64,000 bases of DNA, taken from Camelus dromedarius. Taxonomy: Eukaryota. A program made the translations under genes and the position numbers. Numbering within the stretch: position 1 is the first letter of the stretch; every line of letters starts with the position of its first letter. Where the stretch lies: the NCBI RefSeq assembly GCF_036321535.1, contig NC_087436.1, forward strand, positions 100,318,001 to 100,382,000, written 5' to 3'. The notes below the pieces were generated by a model. It saw nothing but the letters and a program-made list of their open reading frames with translations. It had not been told where the DNA came from and searched no databases. Of the stretch, positions 53,045 through 64,000 are shown one piece after another.

Positions 53045-55375
53045 TTTGTTTTTCTTTTTGTTTTTCTTTTTAGAGCAGCATAAAGTTCACGGCAAAAATT
53101 GAGAAGAAGAGATTTCCTGTGTGCCTCCTGCCCCCTCACATACTTAGTGTCCTCCATCATCAACATCCCCCACCAGAGTGGTACCTTTGCTATGACTGAT
53201 GAACCTACATTGACCCAATAAAATGTCCAAAGTCCATAGTTTATAATACAATTCACTCTTGGTGGTGTACATTCTACAGGCTTTGACAAACGTATAATGA
53301 CATATATCCATTATTACAGTATCATACAGAATATTTTCACTGCCCTAAAAATCCTCTGTGTTCTGCTATTCACTTCTCCTGGCCACAAAACCCCAGCAAC
53401 CACTGATCTTTTCACTGTCTGCATCGTTTTGTCTTTTATAGAATGTCATATTGCTAGACTCTTACAGTATGTAGGCTTTACAGATTGGCTTCTTTCACTT
53501 AGTAATAGGCATTTAAAATTTCTCCATGTCTTTTCATGGCTTCAAAGCTCCTTTCCTTTTAGCTCTAAATAATATTCCATTATCTGGATACACCACATTT
53601 TCTTTATCCATTCACATACATCTTAGTTGCTTCAAAGTTTTGACAGTTATGCTCAAAGCTTCTATAAACTTTCATGTGCAGGTTTTGTGTAGACATAAAT
53701 TTTCAACTTTGGGGGCAACTGCCAAGGATCATGAATGCTGGATTTTCTGGTAAGAGTGTGTTTAGTTTTGTGAGAAGCAGCTAAACTGTTTTCTAAAGTG
53801 ATTGTACCATTTTACATTCCTACTAGGAATGTACAAACATTTCTGTTGCTTTCCATCCTCACCAGGATTTGGTTTTTGTCAGAGTTCTAGATTTTGCCCA
53901 TTCTAATGTCTTTGATCTATTTTTTTCTTAGTTAGCATGCTTGTTTTCTTAATGCTGAGTTTTGAGATTTCTCTGTATGTTTTGGATAAGTCTTTTATCA
54001 GATGTGTCTTTTGCAAATGTTTACTCTGAGTCTGTGGTTTGTCCTGTCATTCCTTTCACATTGTCTTTTGCAGAGTAGAAGCTTTTAATTTTATTGAAGT
54101 CTGACTTTTCCATTACTTTTTTTTTGTGTGTGTACCATGCCTTTGATATCATAGCTAAAAAGTCATTGTCATCCCCATGGTCATTTAAGTTTTCTCCTAT
54201 GTTATCTTCTAAGAGTTTTATAGTTTTATATTTTACATTCAGGTCTGTTATCCATTTTGAAGGATGTAAGGTTTGGTTCTAAATTCCTTTTTAGTGTGTG
54301 TGCACGTAGGTGCCTGGTTGTTTCAACCCTTTTGTTCAATAGATTATCTTTGCTCTGTTATGTTGCCTTTACTCTTTTGTCAAGGATTAGTTGTCTATAG
54401 ATATGTGAGTCTATTTCTGGGCCCTCTATTCTGTTTTTTAATTTTTTTTTTATTTGGGAGGAGGTAATTAATTCGGTTTATTTATTTATTTTTAGAGGTA
54501 CTGGGGATTGAGGGCTTAGCATGCACTCTACCACTTGAGCTATATTCTCCCCTCATTCTGTTGCCTTTATCTATTTGTCTATTCTTTTACCAAAATCACA
54601 CTGACTTGATAACTGTAGCTTTATAGTAAGTCTTGAACATGGGTAGTATCAGTCTTCCAACTTTGTTTTCCTCCTTCAATAGTGTTAGCTATTTTGTTCT
54701 TTTCCTTTCCATATAAACTTTAGAGTTAGTTTATCAACATCCAAAAAATAACTTTCTTAGATTTTGACTGGGATTGCATTCAAGCCATCGATCAAGTTGG
54801 AAAGAATTGACATCTTGACAGTATTGAGTCTTCCTATCTGTCAACATGGAATATCTCTCCCTTCACTTATTTATTTTTTGATTTTGTTCATCACATTTTT
54901 GTACTTTCTTTGATATAGATCTTGGGAATATTTTGTTAGATTAATACTGTGTATTTAATTTTTGAGGGAACTGATGTAAACAGTGTTGTGTTTTTAATTT
55001 CAAAGTCTACTTGTTCATTGCTAGTTTATAGAAAAGTGATTGATTTCCGTTTTGTATCTTGCAACCTTGCTGTAATCATTTATTAGTGTCAGGAGTCTTT
55101 CTGTTGATTCTCTTTAATTCACAGAATTGTCCACATGGAGCCTCCAGCAACTCATCAGTTCCAGTTCTGGTTTTCCCACCCAGGCACTGGTTCACAGGGT
55201 GGCTACTGCTCCGCTCTGGTAAACCTTTACTGCCTGTATTTTCCTGTTTGTCTCCTGATCTTGGGGACAGAAGTTTGCCTAGTGTCCTTCCCTCTTTTGT
55301 GAATCCAGGAGGAGTTGTTGATTTTTCAATCTGTTCAGGTTTTTACTTATTAAAACAGAGTGCTGACTCACAAAT
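53045..55375 (-). mobile_element. Old L1M (L1MC/L1MD-like): 3' UTR, distal ORF2 and fused 5' head
   Basis: 3' UTR 'tttagagcag..aagttcacggcaaaaattgag...caacatcccccaccagagtggtac'; antisense ORF2 to ~55115; 55116-55375 is homologous to 8560-8820. Confidence 0.9.
54438..54553 (-). mobile_element. Vic-1-like SINE with internal deletion, nested in L1
   Basis: 'ggaggtaatt...tttatttatt..gaggtactggggattga|gggcttagcatgcactctaccacttgagctata'; flanking attctgtt repeats at ~54429 and ~54555. Confidence 0.88.
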
Positions 55376-56274
55376 TTAAAAATTGCTGGCATTCAAATAT
55401 AAGCATGTTGATGAATAACATTATATTTCATGACAAAAATGGTCTTTTCTTCAGGAAAGTTTTCTTATGAACTTACAAACTGAATGGGTGGTCATTAACA
55501 AGGTTTTCTGATGCACCTTCACTTACTTAAGAGATCCTTATGTAACAACTTGGACTGTTTCTCCCCCTCCACCTCTTACTCAACTGTAAAATGTTATAGT
55601 TGCCTGTTAATTTGAGGTGCATTTTCTGGAGGAATTGTATCAAAATGAATGAAAACTAAGGACTATAATATAGCAGTATTGAGAATTGTTATTTTTCCTG
55701 GTTTTCACTTTAGTAAGAAAACTTAGCCAGTTGATGGTTGGGTACACAAAAGATGCAAGCCATTATTGGTGTTTCCCATCAAGGGGTTAGATTCAGTGAG
55801 AGAGCATTGTTCAGAGAGAATATAAAACCTAAGCTCTGAACACTTGTTATTATTAATACCCCATGACATCGGTGCAAGCAGAATTGTGAAACTACTGCCT
55901 TGGGTAATTTCCGGTTTGTATAATAATGGGCTGCTCACCCAGATTCCCCTAGCACTTTCGATTGACTTTTTTATGCTTCCTGTTATACGTTGGTATAAAG
56001 TCCTTATACTGTCTATTATGTTGTATACTGCAAAATTACAGCGTTTCAATCCAATAGTGAAACTTTTGCTTTGCAGCATTTTTCAGTGTTATGCTTCCAT
56101 GAAATTAAATTGATTAAGCTCTCAGGAATCTTTGAGATATTAGTATCTCAATTTGTAGCCAGTAGATTTTAAATTGATTTATTAATTTTTATTTTGAAAA
56201 TGCTATTATTTAAGCAAATTTCTAATAATATTATTATAATATTATTTATGAAAGAAAGTACCCACCCATCACTT

Positions 56275-56440
56275 ACTCTTTTTATAAATTGTATTTATTT
56301 TTTCATTATTTTAATTAACCTTTTCTGGGGAGAGATAATTAGGTTTATTCTCTCTTTATTTAATGGAAGTATTGGGGCTTGAACCCAGGACATTGTGCAT
56401 GCTAGGCATGCACTCTACCACTGAGCTATACGCTCCCCTA
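56275..56440 (-). mobile_element. Vic-1-like SINE
   Basis: 'ggaagtattggggcttgaacccaggac..gtgcatgctaggcatgcactctaccactgagctatac'; flanking cccatcactt repeats. Confidence 0.92.
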
Positions 56441-56543
56441 CCCCATCACTTTTTCTTATATATTTTAGCATGGTGAAAGGAAAATTTTCACCTTGTGTAT
56501 TGCTTATATTAGAAATCCTTGAGAGGCCTAAGTATTTTATTAT

Positions 56544-56852
56544 CTTTTTTTTGAAGTATACTTAGCTTATAATGTGTTAATTTCCAGTACACAGCATAGT
56601 GAATATATATATATCTATATCTCCTTCTTTTCATATTCTTTTTTATTATAGGCTATTGAAAAGGTATTGAAGGTATTGAATATAGTTCCCTGTGTTACAC
56701 AGTAGGACCTTGCTGTTTATCTGTTTTTGTATATAGTGGTTAGTATCTGCAAATCTTGAACTTTCAATTTATTCCTCCACCACTCCCTCCTTTTCCCCCT
56801 TGATAACCACAAGTTTGTTTTCTATGTCTGTGAGTTTATTTCTCTTTTGTGA
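56544..56852 (-). mobile_element. L1 3' UTR fragment (artiodactyl-type)
   Basis: 'ttttgaagtata...ttgaatatagttccctgtg.tacacagtaggaccttgctgtttatct...ataaccacaagtttgttttctatgtctgtgag'. Confidence 0.85.
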
Positions 56853-56879
56853 GTAGTATTTATACCATATCTGCTTCAC

Positions 56880-57315
56880 AAATGTTAGGCTTATTCATTA
56901 TATCCATTACATTTTTCTGTACATCAGCTCATAAAATAACAATTATAATTTAGTTTGTTATTCTGTGCTTGGAAAATGGGACTGGGCTCAGCTGGGTGTT
57001 CTGATGAACCAAGGGGGATTGACTCATCTAGGCTGGGCTCACTGATGAAGCTGCAGTGAACTGCTGATCAGTGGCCAGCTGGACCCCTGACCCTCCAACT
57101 GGGTGGTCTGTCTTCACAGGGCTTTCTTCGCAGAGTGCCAAGAGTGAGAGCAGAGGTGCGCCACACCTCTCAAGGCTTGGCTTTAGATCTGATGCAGCAG
57201 TAATTCCACCATATTGCTATTGGCAAGGCTGAACACAGAGTCAATTCAGAGTCCAGGGACACAGAAAGAGGTTCTGGGAATTAACCACAGAGAATTTTGG
57301 CAATTATATTTTTCA
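56880..57315 (-). mobile_element. Old MaLR LTR fragment (MLT1)
   Basis: 'ctgggctcagctggg', 'ttccaccatattgctattggcaagg', 'cagagtcaattcagag'. Confidence 0.5.
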
Positions 57316-57839
57316 CATATTTTGCATATTTGTATTTATATATAATATGTATAACAGATATTTTATATATTTTAATAATTTTATATATTTATATATTTTA
57401 ATAATATATTTTATATATTTTGCAGTTACATTGCAATTATTTTTATGATATAACACCATCACTTTCTTACCTTTCTGGTCTTCAGTGGACATGCTGGAGT
57501 TTCTGATCAGAGGAAAAGCTTTAGGAGAAGACATTTGAGAATTTTAAATTTTTTATTATTTTTAAAGAAGTTTATGGAAAACAGTGAAAATTTATGAAAA
57601 ACCATAGTGTATTACGAGATTTATTCTTTGTATAGTTTCAAAGAGGTTTTCTTATTCTAGGAGACTCAGTCCTAGGCTTCCAAAGACCTTCAGAGCCCCA
57701 AAAGAAAGGAGCAGATTTATCACAGTCCAGCACACCCTGATCTTCTGTCAACAGATCTGGGTGGCTCTGCCTACACTGGCACAAAACCTAGAAAAAGTCT
57801 ATTGCTCTACAAATGAACATCAGAAGTCATACTGAGTCT

Positions 57840-57876
57840 TGTGTGTGTGTGTGTATGTGTGTGTGTGTATGTGCGT

Positions 57877-57912
<36 letters not shown>
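57840..57912 (+). repeat. Imperfect (TG)n microsatellite
   Basis: Directly visible; about 36 alternating purine-pyrimidine units. Confidence 0.95.
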
Positions 57913-57915
<3 letters not shown>

Positions 57916-59944
57916 GGAGAGGGGCAGACGGGGCCACTGTTAACTGCTGGCTGCACACACCTATGGATCATCCAGCAAAAGGACCCAAATCCAGCACAAT
58001 GGCTGAGCCCCATTTCAGCTCTCTGTGTATGAGGTACATTCATAATGTCACAGACCATATGCCCCTCTTTGAGAGCTACAGTGTCATAGAAGATGAAGTC
58101 CTACCCCCACCCCAGGAATTTGAGTGACACCACATGGCGATACAACACACCCATATTACATGGTTATTTAACATTTGCATTGTATTTCATATCATCATAT
58201 TTGTTTTATAAATCTAACAAGCTCTGGGGGGTGTCTTTATTTCCTCATCCATGTTTAATAGGCTCACTTGTTAAAACTTGTAATTCCAAGAGAGAGAAAG
58301 AATTAAAGAAACATAAACTAAAATACAGTCAAGCACAGAGAGCTAGCCAGAATGTGGCATGATGCTTCTGGTTGTTTGGGGGCCAGCCATCAGTACTGAA
58401 GGGAAGAGGGGCCATAGTGGAGAAAAGAAGGGCACCAGAGTTTTGATTTTAGGAGAAAATCTAATTTATGAGGTTGCATAATGCAATCAAACATGATGCA
58501 ATTCTTTCCTTTCATTCAAGGACTTCAACAGATCCTTTAAGCTTGTAAGTGAATATTACATTTTGTCAAATTATAGAAGAATCTCCACTATAAGCTCTAT
58601 TTTGGAGCTAATTTCTGATGAAATCCATCAGAAAAGAAATATAAAGAGAGAAATTAACAAAGTAATGAAATACAGCAATCCAATTAAAATTAACATCACT
58701 TTCCCTCATCAAGTGGGAAAATGAAACAGTCTAACAGTTAGCTTAACAGCATGAGACACCATTGAAAGCTAGACATAAGTGAGGAAGCAGTACATTGCTT
58801 ACTCTATACATGAGCTAGGGTGCCGACACAGTGATAATAAGAGTGCTTTGCATTTAAATGGTGGCTTGCTTGGCAAAAACTATTTTTTTTAATGATAATT
58901 ATCCTTCTTAGAATGCTTCTTAAATGAAGATAGGTAAGAAGAATATCATGCCTGTGTAAAATGAAACTCAGACCAGGTTAAGAGAGCTAATATGCTTATC
59001 AATTTTAATTCTCTAGGGCTGATAGTTCCTTGAGTTGGTAACAATTTCCCGTTAAATATTTTGGGAAATTGACACATAACTTTAAATTCCTTGAGAATAT
59101 ATGTTTTAACCTACTTCAAAAGGAGATGAGTATATGACTGTTAACTTGAATTTATACTTTTGAAACTTCAAAAGGCTTATAAAGACTACTCAAACTATTC
59201 GACGTTTTGGGAACATTTCTGAATCAATAATGGACGATATTCTTTGGCAACTTAAGACAAAGCAAAATAACACTCTCATAGTCTTTGCTTAGATTTCTAA
59301 GGAATTTAATATGAATTTTCAGTGAAGAAATTCTCTCATATGCCTCCTCTAAGGATTATGCTTTGAAACTAAGTCTTAAATGGGTTTTGCTAAATGCTTG
59401 CAACCCATGTCATTTTGCATGGCTTGCCCTTAGAATGAGGAATTCAGGTTTTGATTATTCACTGTAGGTTGCTTAACTCTTTTCTCAGTTTTCTGTTTTG
59501 AAAAGCTCTCATATGTATTCTATCTCCTTTCACAGTTATAAGATTAAAATAACTGGAAATAGTTTTAAACATTTTAATGTTATACAAATATAAACAAAAT
59601 TAAGTCACTTCATATACCAGACTTTTGATTATGAGGTTACACCATATCATTCTGATTGCCTCAGAACTCTCTCCTTTCATTGACTTCTCAAGACCTTTAT
59701 TATGGAGGCATCCAACCAGGAAATTCTCAGCTCGGTAGATTTTCACCACCGAAGTCACTTTTGCATCTCTCCCATAAAACTAATGTAAAAAAATTGTTTT
59801 TATTTGTACACTGTTATTCATAAAATACACCACTACTTCCATTGATAAAATAAAAAGCATAAAAGAAAGTGTTTTTTGACATATGGGCTATACAAATAAA
59901 AAGCAGGGCAAAACTAATAAGCAGTGAGATGGAAATAAATCATT

Positions 59945-60090
59945 GTACTAAAAGTTAGAACATTTATAGTTTCCACTCAGTGTAATAACCTTCAGTGATA
60001 CACTTCACTTCTCTGGGGCTTGTTTCCTCTTTTTTAATATGAGGTTACCCTGGATAATTTGAAGGTCTTCTCTAACTCTAAATTCTGTGA
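59945..60090 (+). mobile_element. MIR fragment
   Basis: 'cacttcacttctctggggcttgtttcctc...aaggtcttctctaactctaaattctgtga'. Confidence 0.6.
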
Positions 60091-61069
60091 AGCTTTACAT
60101 CATTTTCTCACAATGCTTCATATTTTGTTGACATATCAGCAGGGAACTTCACACTTCATTGGAAATCCATTAAAACAATTACCATGTCATTAGTGAAGAC
60201 TTTTAATTATGAGCTTAGTAACCTAAAGAATTCACTGATAGGCAAGATTAGCTCTGTTAGCATGGGCTACATGGGGATGCATTGAATGGAGAGATGTCTT
60301 TCCTTTGGAGAATTTGAAACTGTCATTCACAAAGCAGTCAGCATTGTTGATTAAGCATGTCAGTTAAAAGTTAGGGAGTTGGGGAAAAACTGATAACCTT
60401 TCAGATAGTTTCATGACTAGGAAACTCCAAAAAAATGAATGGAATCTTTTTTCATTCGACCTGATTCAGAGAGAGTATAGAGGGTGACAACACTAGGAAG
60501 GAACATTCTAAAGATGACAAGAAGGAGGAAGGAAAAGATATAGATGTAAATTCATAATTAAAATATGATCAGAATTAGGACTATAATTGTGCTGAGCTGG
60601 AACTTGTGGCAGAAGCACTGATGATAATGGCTGCACGTCTGCCCTGTTTTCACATATTCTGTGCTTTCAGTAAAATAGAGATGACCCTCCACATGGCCCA
60701 AACCATTGATAACGTAGGAAATATTAGTGTCTTCTTTTCATTCTTTCTTATACAGTTCCAAATCAAAGCCAAATAGATAGTCTGAAAGAATGGTGGGGAA
60801 CATCATCTCACTGATTAATGGCGGCACCAAAAGTGCCTGTGACCGCCCCATCTCCTCCTTTGCCTCATAAGTCAGACAACTTTCACTTCGCCTCATTTCA
60901 GGAAATCTCTGCCATCTACAACTAGAAAATTGAGCTTACCCAGGGTTGCATCCTTATTCACTTGTTTTCTCATTCTTCTCACAATTTTTCTAAAGTGTTT
61001 TAATCAAAACTATTTGATTTCAAGGTAACACACAGCTAGTTCAATAAGAGAGAAACATTGATTTTGTGA

Positions 61070-61250
61070 AATTTAGAGGTAGAATAGGGCAATAATTCTA
61101 AGTATGGGCACCAGAGGATAATTCTCTGAATCCTGGTTCTTATTTATTTGCTCTAGAAAATTTGCCACAGTGTCTATACTTTTTAGCTTTCGTTTCCTCC
61201 TGTGTGAAATCAGAAGTTCTTATATAATTGGTTCTAGGACATATCTGGAT
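61070..61250 (+). mobile_element. MIR fragment
   Basis: 'tgaatcctggttct...ttagctttcgtttcctcctgtgtgaaat...ggttctaggac'. Confidence 0.5.
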
Positions 61251-63535
61251 TATAGTTAGTGCCCAATAACACTATATCACAGGATATAAATGTGTTTTGG
61301 ACTCTAAGAATTCAAAATCAAGGACTGGGAAGGTACCAGGATGGGACCAAAAGTAATTTCACTTCTCCATTTCTTTCTAGCTCTTCTGTAGTCCATATGA
61401 TGTCACTTTTTTGTCTTTTTTTTTTTTTTAGCATCTCTCTTTATTTTTCCCAAATGGTAAATAAAACCAGCTTCACTAGTATTAGTGCTCCCTACAGTCT
61501 AGCCACGTGTGATAGGGAAGCCATATGGTACAAAAAAAGCCCACTTGGTCCTTCACAGGACATCAGAGAAGACTGTGTTTAGTAGTACCACCTACAGAAG
61601 AGCTGTGTGAAAGTAAAACTTTATAAGTATGAGTAATCTGCTGGTTTATTTCAAAATATGTGTATCTGATCTCAGCCTCTCCTTTCTACACACCTGTGTC
61701 AATTAATTTCCTACAAACTAACATCAGAGTCATGGTTATAAAAAACAAATAAATTATCATTTGAGAAATAGCACTAAAAACATCATACCTTTCCCAGCTG
61801 GATCAGAGTCCTCACAAGGAAACTAATACAATATTTGACAGTAGCTGACTTTGGGGGAAAAATAACAAGTAAATGGACTAAATTTGTTAACCAGTTTGAT
61901 AGGAGCAAGATAAAGATAAAAATACAGAACAAAAGAAAGTAAAATGGATTTTCAGAAATCATGAGATAGTACATTTTATTCTTTCACAAATGAACAAAAG
62001 AAAATTCACTGTAATATGTAGAATCATTAAAACCATGAATAATTTCATTGAAAACTTTTACTACTAAGAGTTGATCAATAATTAAATTTATAGTCAACAG
62101 TTAACAGTTAACAAATATGATCTTTCATCATATGTTTATATTTTCTGAATATTTTGCTGAAGGGAATTCTGTTAAGACAGAAAATGTCTCTGAAAGGAAG
62201 AGGTATTTAGTCTCTGTTTGTACCTATTGTCTTTTGAATTTGGGTCAAGTTTATGGATGCTATTTTGTAAATTAGCATAATTTTCTTACTCAAAATATTT
62301 TGGAGACATATGACATTTTATATCATAGGTTTTTGAGCAGACAACACTCTTGGGTTGTATTTTAATTATTTTAAACAGGTAGATTTCTTTGTATATAAGA
62401 CAGTAGGCACTCACAATTTCAGGAAGGCATTTTAGGTTGTGTGGTGTGTGTGTGTGTGTGTGTGTGTTTGCCTTTGCACACATATTTACATGGTTATTTG
62501 GAATTGATTTTTGAACTTACATGTGAAAAAGATTGTTTTCAAAGTATTTTTAGTATAGGAGAAGTTAGCTAAAATTTTTGTGCAAACTTTGGAAATATCA
62601 ATACCTTTAAGTCAGTTCCTATTTAACTAATATTGATTATTTAAAAATATTGTGGGTGTATTTTTATCATTTGAAAGGCTTTGAAAAAATAACTTTAAGG
62701 GTAAAATATTGGGAAGCCACGTTCTATCCAGTTTTCCTGCCCAGACAGCAATAACATCCAGCCTATTCAATAGTCTCCAATTTTATTGAAATGCTTTACT
62801 GATTAGTTGTCAGGCTGTGATTTAGTGTTACCTCAAAATTGTAAACAGCTAATTTTTTAATTTGGAAGCTTAAGGCTTGCCACTGTTATTTTTATATCAA
62901 AGTCAATAGTCTTCTGTCTCATCTTCACATTTATTTCCTTTTTGTATTAGACATCTAAATGTCCCCTTCTCTCATCAGATTAATTCTATTGAGTAGGTAA
63001 TTTATGACCTTTGATGCTCCTGAAAAAAATTTTACACAGACCAGATATCCAATATATATATCCATGTAATCCCAGTGCTCACATCGTAGGCTGTTCTGTG
63101 GACCTGGGATCCCAATGGCTTCATGAAAATTCTGCACATTTCAGGTTTGTGTCAATATGATTTATAAGTAGATGTCACTTTTGCTCCTACTAGCTATAAC
63201 ATATTTACAACTTCATAAAACATTTTTTAAGAGCACAGAAATGCATAGGTTAAGTAAGTCTGTTAAGGACACAAGAAAGAATTAATACATATATCAGGAT
63301 GATTTACTGTGCATCATTCTTCCTAGCATTTGTAATTCAATGATATGAGTTAGAATGATGACATCACTGTCACTATACCTATGTCACTATTATAGCATTT
63401 GTCCTTTTGACCTTTGAGAAGACTATAAATGATATTCATCTCATATCTTCAAGGAGTTCGTGGGGAAGGGAAACTAACATGATGCTCTCTTAAATCCTAT
63501 AAGCTTGAAAGATACCCTTTTTGTATATATATATA

Positions 63536-63645
63536 TTTTTTTTTATTGAAGTATAATCAGTTTACAATGTTGTGTCAATTTCTGGTGTACAGCACAATCC
63601 TTCAGTCATACATCAACATACATATATTTGTTTTCACATTGTTTT
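63536..63645 (-). mobile_element. Short L1 3' end
   Basis: 'ttttttattgaagtataatcagtttacaatgttgtgtcaatttctggtgtacagcacaat', related to the tail at 24730-24830. Confidence 0.85.
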
Positions 63646-64000
63646 AAGCAATTTCAGGTGCATAAACATGTTCGATTGTTTGCCAACCAAAAATAATGAC
63701 CCCAGACTAGCGAGTTGCCAGAATATTAACCTAATAGCAAAACCCAAACTCAACTAAACATACTGTAGTCCTAATATAATTTCTATGTTTGGGACCTATG
63801 ATAAAATTCAGCACTACGATTCATAATTTAAAGTTTGGTAAAAATAGGAATAATTTATATACAAAATGACTGTGGCTTGAAGTTACATCTCTGTTCTTCC
63901 AGAATTGGGCTATAACCTATAAAATATATAGTGTTCTCCTCCATGTATGTTATTAAATGAATACATTACATCAAAAAAAGTTAGGAATAACTTTTGTACA

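Noticed and set aside
1..64000. CRISPR array, operon, rRNA or other prokaryotic system
   Set aside because: No regularly spaced repeats, no long ORFs, and the window is CpG-depleted mammalian DNA; the only microbial-looking signal is the short remnant at 5.9-6.0 kb.

Overview
AT-rich mammalian nuclear DNA, most likely camelid (alpaca or camel). The assignment rests on five tRNA-derived Vic-1-type SINEs and their partner young L1 3' ends. I cannot support any intact protein-coding gene: the listed ORFs are L1 ORF2 tails, simple-repeat translations or chance frames. The window reads as a large intron or gene desert full of repeats: young and old L1, L2/MIR, MaLR (MLT1), ERVL (MLT2, LTR16-like, decayed pol), an ERV1-type solo LTR and a Tigger MITE. 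Four observations stand out. (1) A CpG-retaining, direct-repeat-bracketed island at ~5.9-6.2 kb translates, with one frameshift, to something resembling the C-terminal motif of TrpE/PabB chorismate-binding enzymes, which mammals lack; this is unverified. (2) Two separately inserted L1s form a perfect 601-bp inverted repeat 2.4 kb apart. (3) An MLT1 LTR carries an 18-nt insertion copied from 887 bp upstream. (4) Two old L1Ms have homologous 5' heads fused directly to distal ORF2. All repeat family names come from my recall of consensus sequences, not from a search, and boundaries without TSDs are approximate.
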